In this document: positions 62,104 to 64,000 of the stretch, piece by piece
How the letters are laid out: each line of letters opens with the position of its first letter
Numbering within the stretch: the stretch's first letter is position 1
DNA from: Patescibacteria group bacterium
Lineage (GTDB): Bacteria > Patescibacteriota > UBA1384 > 2-12-FULL-50-11
Reading direction: 5' to 3'
Assembly: GCA_016861245.1 (NCBI GenBank)
Contig: BOKZ01000001.1
Coordinates: forward strand, 77,107 to 141,106
Length of the DNA stretch: 64,000 nucleotides
Position numbers and translations under genes: made by a program
The notes under the pieces: generated by a model
Database searches by the model: none
Seen by the model: the letters and a program-made list of their open reading frames with translations, nothing else
What the model was told of the DNA's origin: nothing

Positions 62104-62690
62104 TGCGGATAATAATTGTTCGTCACGCAGAAACTGTTGAAAACAGAGATCGAGTCTTTCACGGACATAGCTACGGCGGCTTTACTGCTGAAGGCAAAGA
62201 GCAAGTAAGGATGTTGAGAAGACGCCTTGACAAGTATCGGTTTGATAAGGCACTGGTAAGTGATCTGGCAAGAACTAGGGAAACAGCTAAATACCTTCTT
62301 TCTGGAAGAACGCACATAATTCGGTATTTAAAGCTCCTCAGAGAAAAAGACGCTGGAGAATTTAAAGGAAAGAAGTTTGGGGAAGTAGTATGGGACAAAC
62401 TTGCTGGAGACTTTGAGACGAGAAAGCCCCCAGGTGGGGAGAGTATTAGTGATGTTCAGCAAAGAATAAGAGAGTTCTTAGCAATTTTAACCAGTGAGAA
62501 CGCTAGAGATTTACTTGTCGTTGGTCACGGCGCATTTATTAAATTGCTAATTGGGCAGCTGCGTGGGCAAAGCGCACAAGATGCAATTTTCTCTAATCAA
62601 ATCGACCATTGCTCAATTACAGAAATATTATTGAGCGATGGTCGCTTTGACGTAATAACTCAAAACGACACTCTGCACCTTAAGAGGTAA
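62100..62690 (+). CDS. Histidine phosphatase family protein
   Basis: VRHAET, SDLART, LREKDAG, PGGES, VVGHG. Confidence 0.9.
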   Translation: MMRIIIVRHAETVENRDRVFHGHSYGGFTAEGKEQVRMLRRRLDKYRFDKALVSDLARTRETAKYLLSGRTHIIRYLKLLREKDAGEFKGKKFGEVVWDKLAGDFETRKPPGGESISDVQQRIREFLAILTSENARDLLVVGHGAFIKLLIGQLRGQSAQDAIFSNQIDHCSITEILLSDGRFDVITQNDTLHLKR

Positions 62691-62693
62691 TAT

Positions 62694-63305
62694 ATGCCGA
62701 GAATAATCGCATTTGAGGGCGTCAGTGGCGCCGGGAAGACCACGTGTTGCAGGATAGTATCATCAATACTAGACAAAAGGGGCTTGAACATCCTACGAAT
62801 TAACGAGAAAGAGCACGAACCTCTTCGCTCGTACATCTCTGCTTGGCACAATCTTCCGCACGAAGAAAAGCTATTCACAGCTAGGAAGGTGAAGGAGATT
62901 GCTGAATGTAGAGCCGAGGTTCACGCTAGCCTAGCAGACAAAATTTCTGCAAGTAACATAGTCATCTTTGATCGATCTGTTTGGACTAGCATGGTTTACC
63001 AGTCGTTTGATGGTCAACAGCCGGAGGCAATACTATCAGCGAACGAGTGCGCGGGCGCTATTGTCCCCTCAGAGATATTCTTATTTATGGCTGACCCAGT
63101 GCTATGTGCTCGTCGAGTAATAGAACGAGCAAAAAGAAGAAGCACATATGGACTGCCAGCAACCATTGAGGACCATGAGAGTATCCTTCGCTCCTATGAG
63201 CAATACCGTAAAGTGTGCAAACACTTCCCAACTCTTCATCACATCAACGGCCAGTTGAGCATTCGTAAGAATGTTCGACAAGTTTTAAGGCTACTCGACC
63301 AGTAA
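62694..63305 (+). CDS. Thymidylate kinase-like P-loop nucleotide kinase
   Basis: FEGVSGAGKTT, EP, FDRSVWTSMVYQ. Confidence 0.8.
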   Translation: MPRIIAFEGVSGAGKTTCCRIVSSILDKRGLNILRINEKEHEPLRSYISAWHNLPHEEKLFTARKVKEIAECRAEVHASLADKISASNIVIFDRSVWTSMVYQSFDGQQPEAILSANECAGAIVPSEIFLFMADPVLCARRVIERAKRRSTYGLPATIEDHESILRSYEQYRKVCKHFPTLHHINGQLSIRKNVRQVLRLLDQ

Positions 63306-63313
63306 CCCCGCCC

Positions 63314-63985
63314 CTATTTGGGGCTTTTTTTATTTACGGGTAAATAATCGTGTTCGTAGTATAAATCCGCGATTTTTTGCATTATTTCTTGGGTAGCTCT
63401 GTACGTATTTTCATCGGAGAAATCTGGGTAATCTAAGTTGTTCAGGTAAAACGGTGTGCCAATACGAATAACAATCTTTGGGCGAGTCGCAATAAATCGC
63501 CACGGCGTTAAGCCGTGCGGTGTATGAAGCGAGATTGGCAAAAGCGCTGCCCGGGTAGTTAGCGCCAAAATCGCTGCGCCGCGTCGCCCCTCACCAAGCT
63601 TTGGTCGCTCAGGAATAATTTTTCCTTCTGGGAACAGAATAACGGAGCCGCCTTTTTCTAGGATTTTAGTTGGGGTTAGAAGCGACTTACCTATTCCTTG
63701 TTTGCGATGCGCTTTGAACGCCCCTAACAACCAAATAACTACATTTAATAACGGGATTCGGAACAGCTCGTTTTTCGCCATAAACCTTAGTGGATATAAC
63801 GACGGTCGATAAAGAAGCGCTACTCCTGTTAACTGCGGATCTAGATGACTCTCGTGATTAGACACAACGATAAATGGGCGCGACACCTCCTTAAGATTTT
63901 CTCTACCTATAATTTCAAAACGCGTAAATGTCTTTAAGAGTACCCAAGAAATAAACGCAGCGACGTACTGCGCCGTAGTCATCAT
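63314..63985 (-). CDS. PlsC-like lysophospholipid acyltransferase
   Basis: SNHESHLD, FMAKNELF, LFPEG. Confidence 0.9.
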   Translation of the reverse strand: MMTTAQYVAAFISWVLLKTFTRFEIIGRENLKEVSRPFIVVSNHESHLDPQLTGVALLYRPSLYPLRFMAKNELFRIPLLNVVIWLLGAFKAHRKQGIGKSLLTPTKILEKGGSVILFPEGKIIPERPKLGEGRRGAAILALTTRAALLPISLHTPHGLTPWRFIATRPKIVIRIGTPFYLNNLDYPDFSDENTYRATQEIMQKIADLYYEHDYLPVNKKSPK

Positions 63986-64000
63986 TCCGTCCTCATTGTA

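Noticed and set aside
55600-63305. Prophage or transposon as the explanation for the island
   Set aside because: No integrase, transposase, phage genes, tRNA or flanking repeats were recognised.

Overview
Gene-dense bacterial chromosome segment read in code 11. Its content points to a Patescibacteria/CPR genome (inferred): minimal ProRS, EF-Ts and MetRS, a gutted rpsB-tsf-frr-rseP-proS block, a type IV pilus operon and CPR-type cohesin proteins. Layout: (1) 1-11.6 kb, a surface-protein cluster with two WxL-like/DUF916-like pairs, a dockerin-like protein and three cohesin-like proteins. (2) 11.6-46.8 kb, housekeeping genes (pgk, tpiA, proS, rseP, frr, tsf, rpsB, rpmE, prfA, prmC, htrA, gatCAB, ligA, htpX, lemA, S41 protease, mnmA, tatD, metG, rsmI, rsmA, Rpf-like, pcrA, dnaB, dnaX). 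(3) 46.9-52.3 kb, pilB-C-M-N-O, where PilB carries an N-terminal HU/IHF-like domain. (4) murA, then a more AT-rich island at about 55.6-63.3 kb. The island holds the best candidate for an undescribed system: a PhcB-like SAM methyltransferase coupled to a 7TM histidine kinase and a receiver, a divergent 7TM-HTH one-component receptor, an M16 peptidase, a 27-aa zinc-ribbon microprotein and a nucleotidyltransferase-phosphatase-kinase operon. Other signals are many apparently leaderless -10 promoters, strong CGATCG enrichment, unannotated microproteins and a candidate sRNA. No rRNA, tRNA, CRISPR array or transposase was recognised. All calls were made by eye from motifs; no database searches were run.
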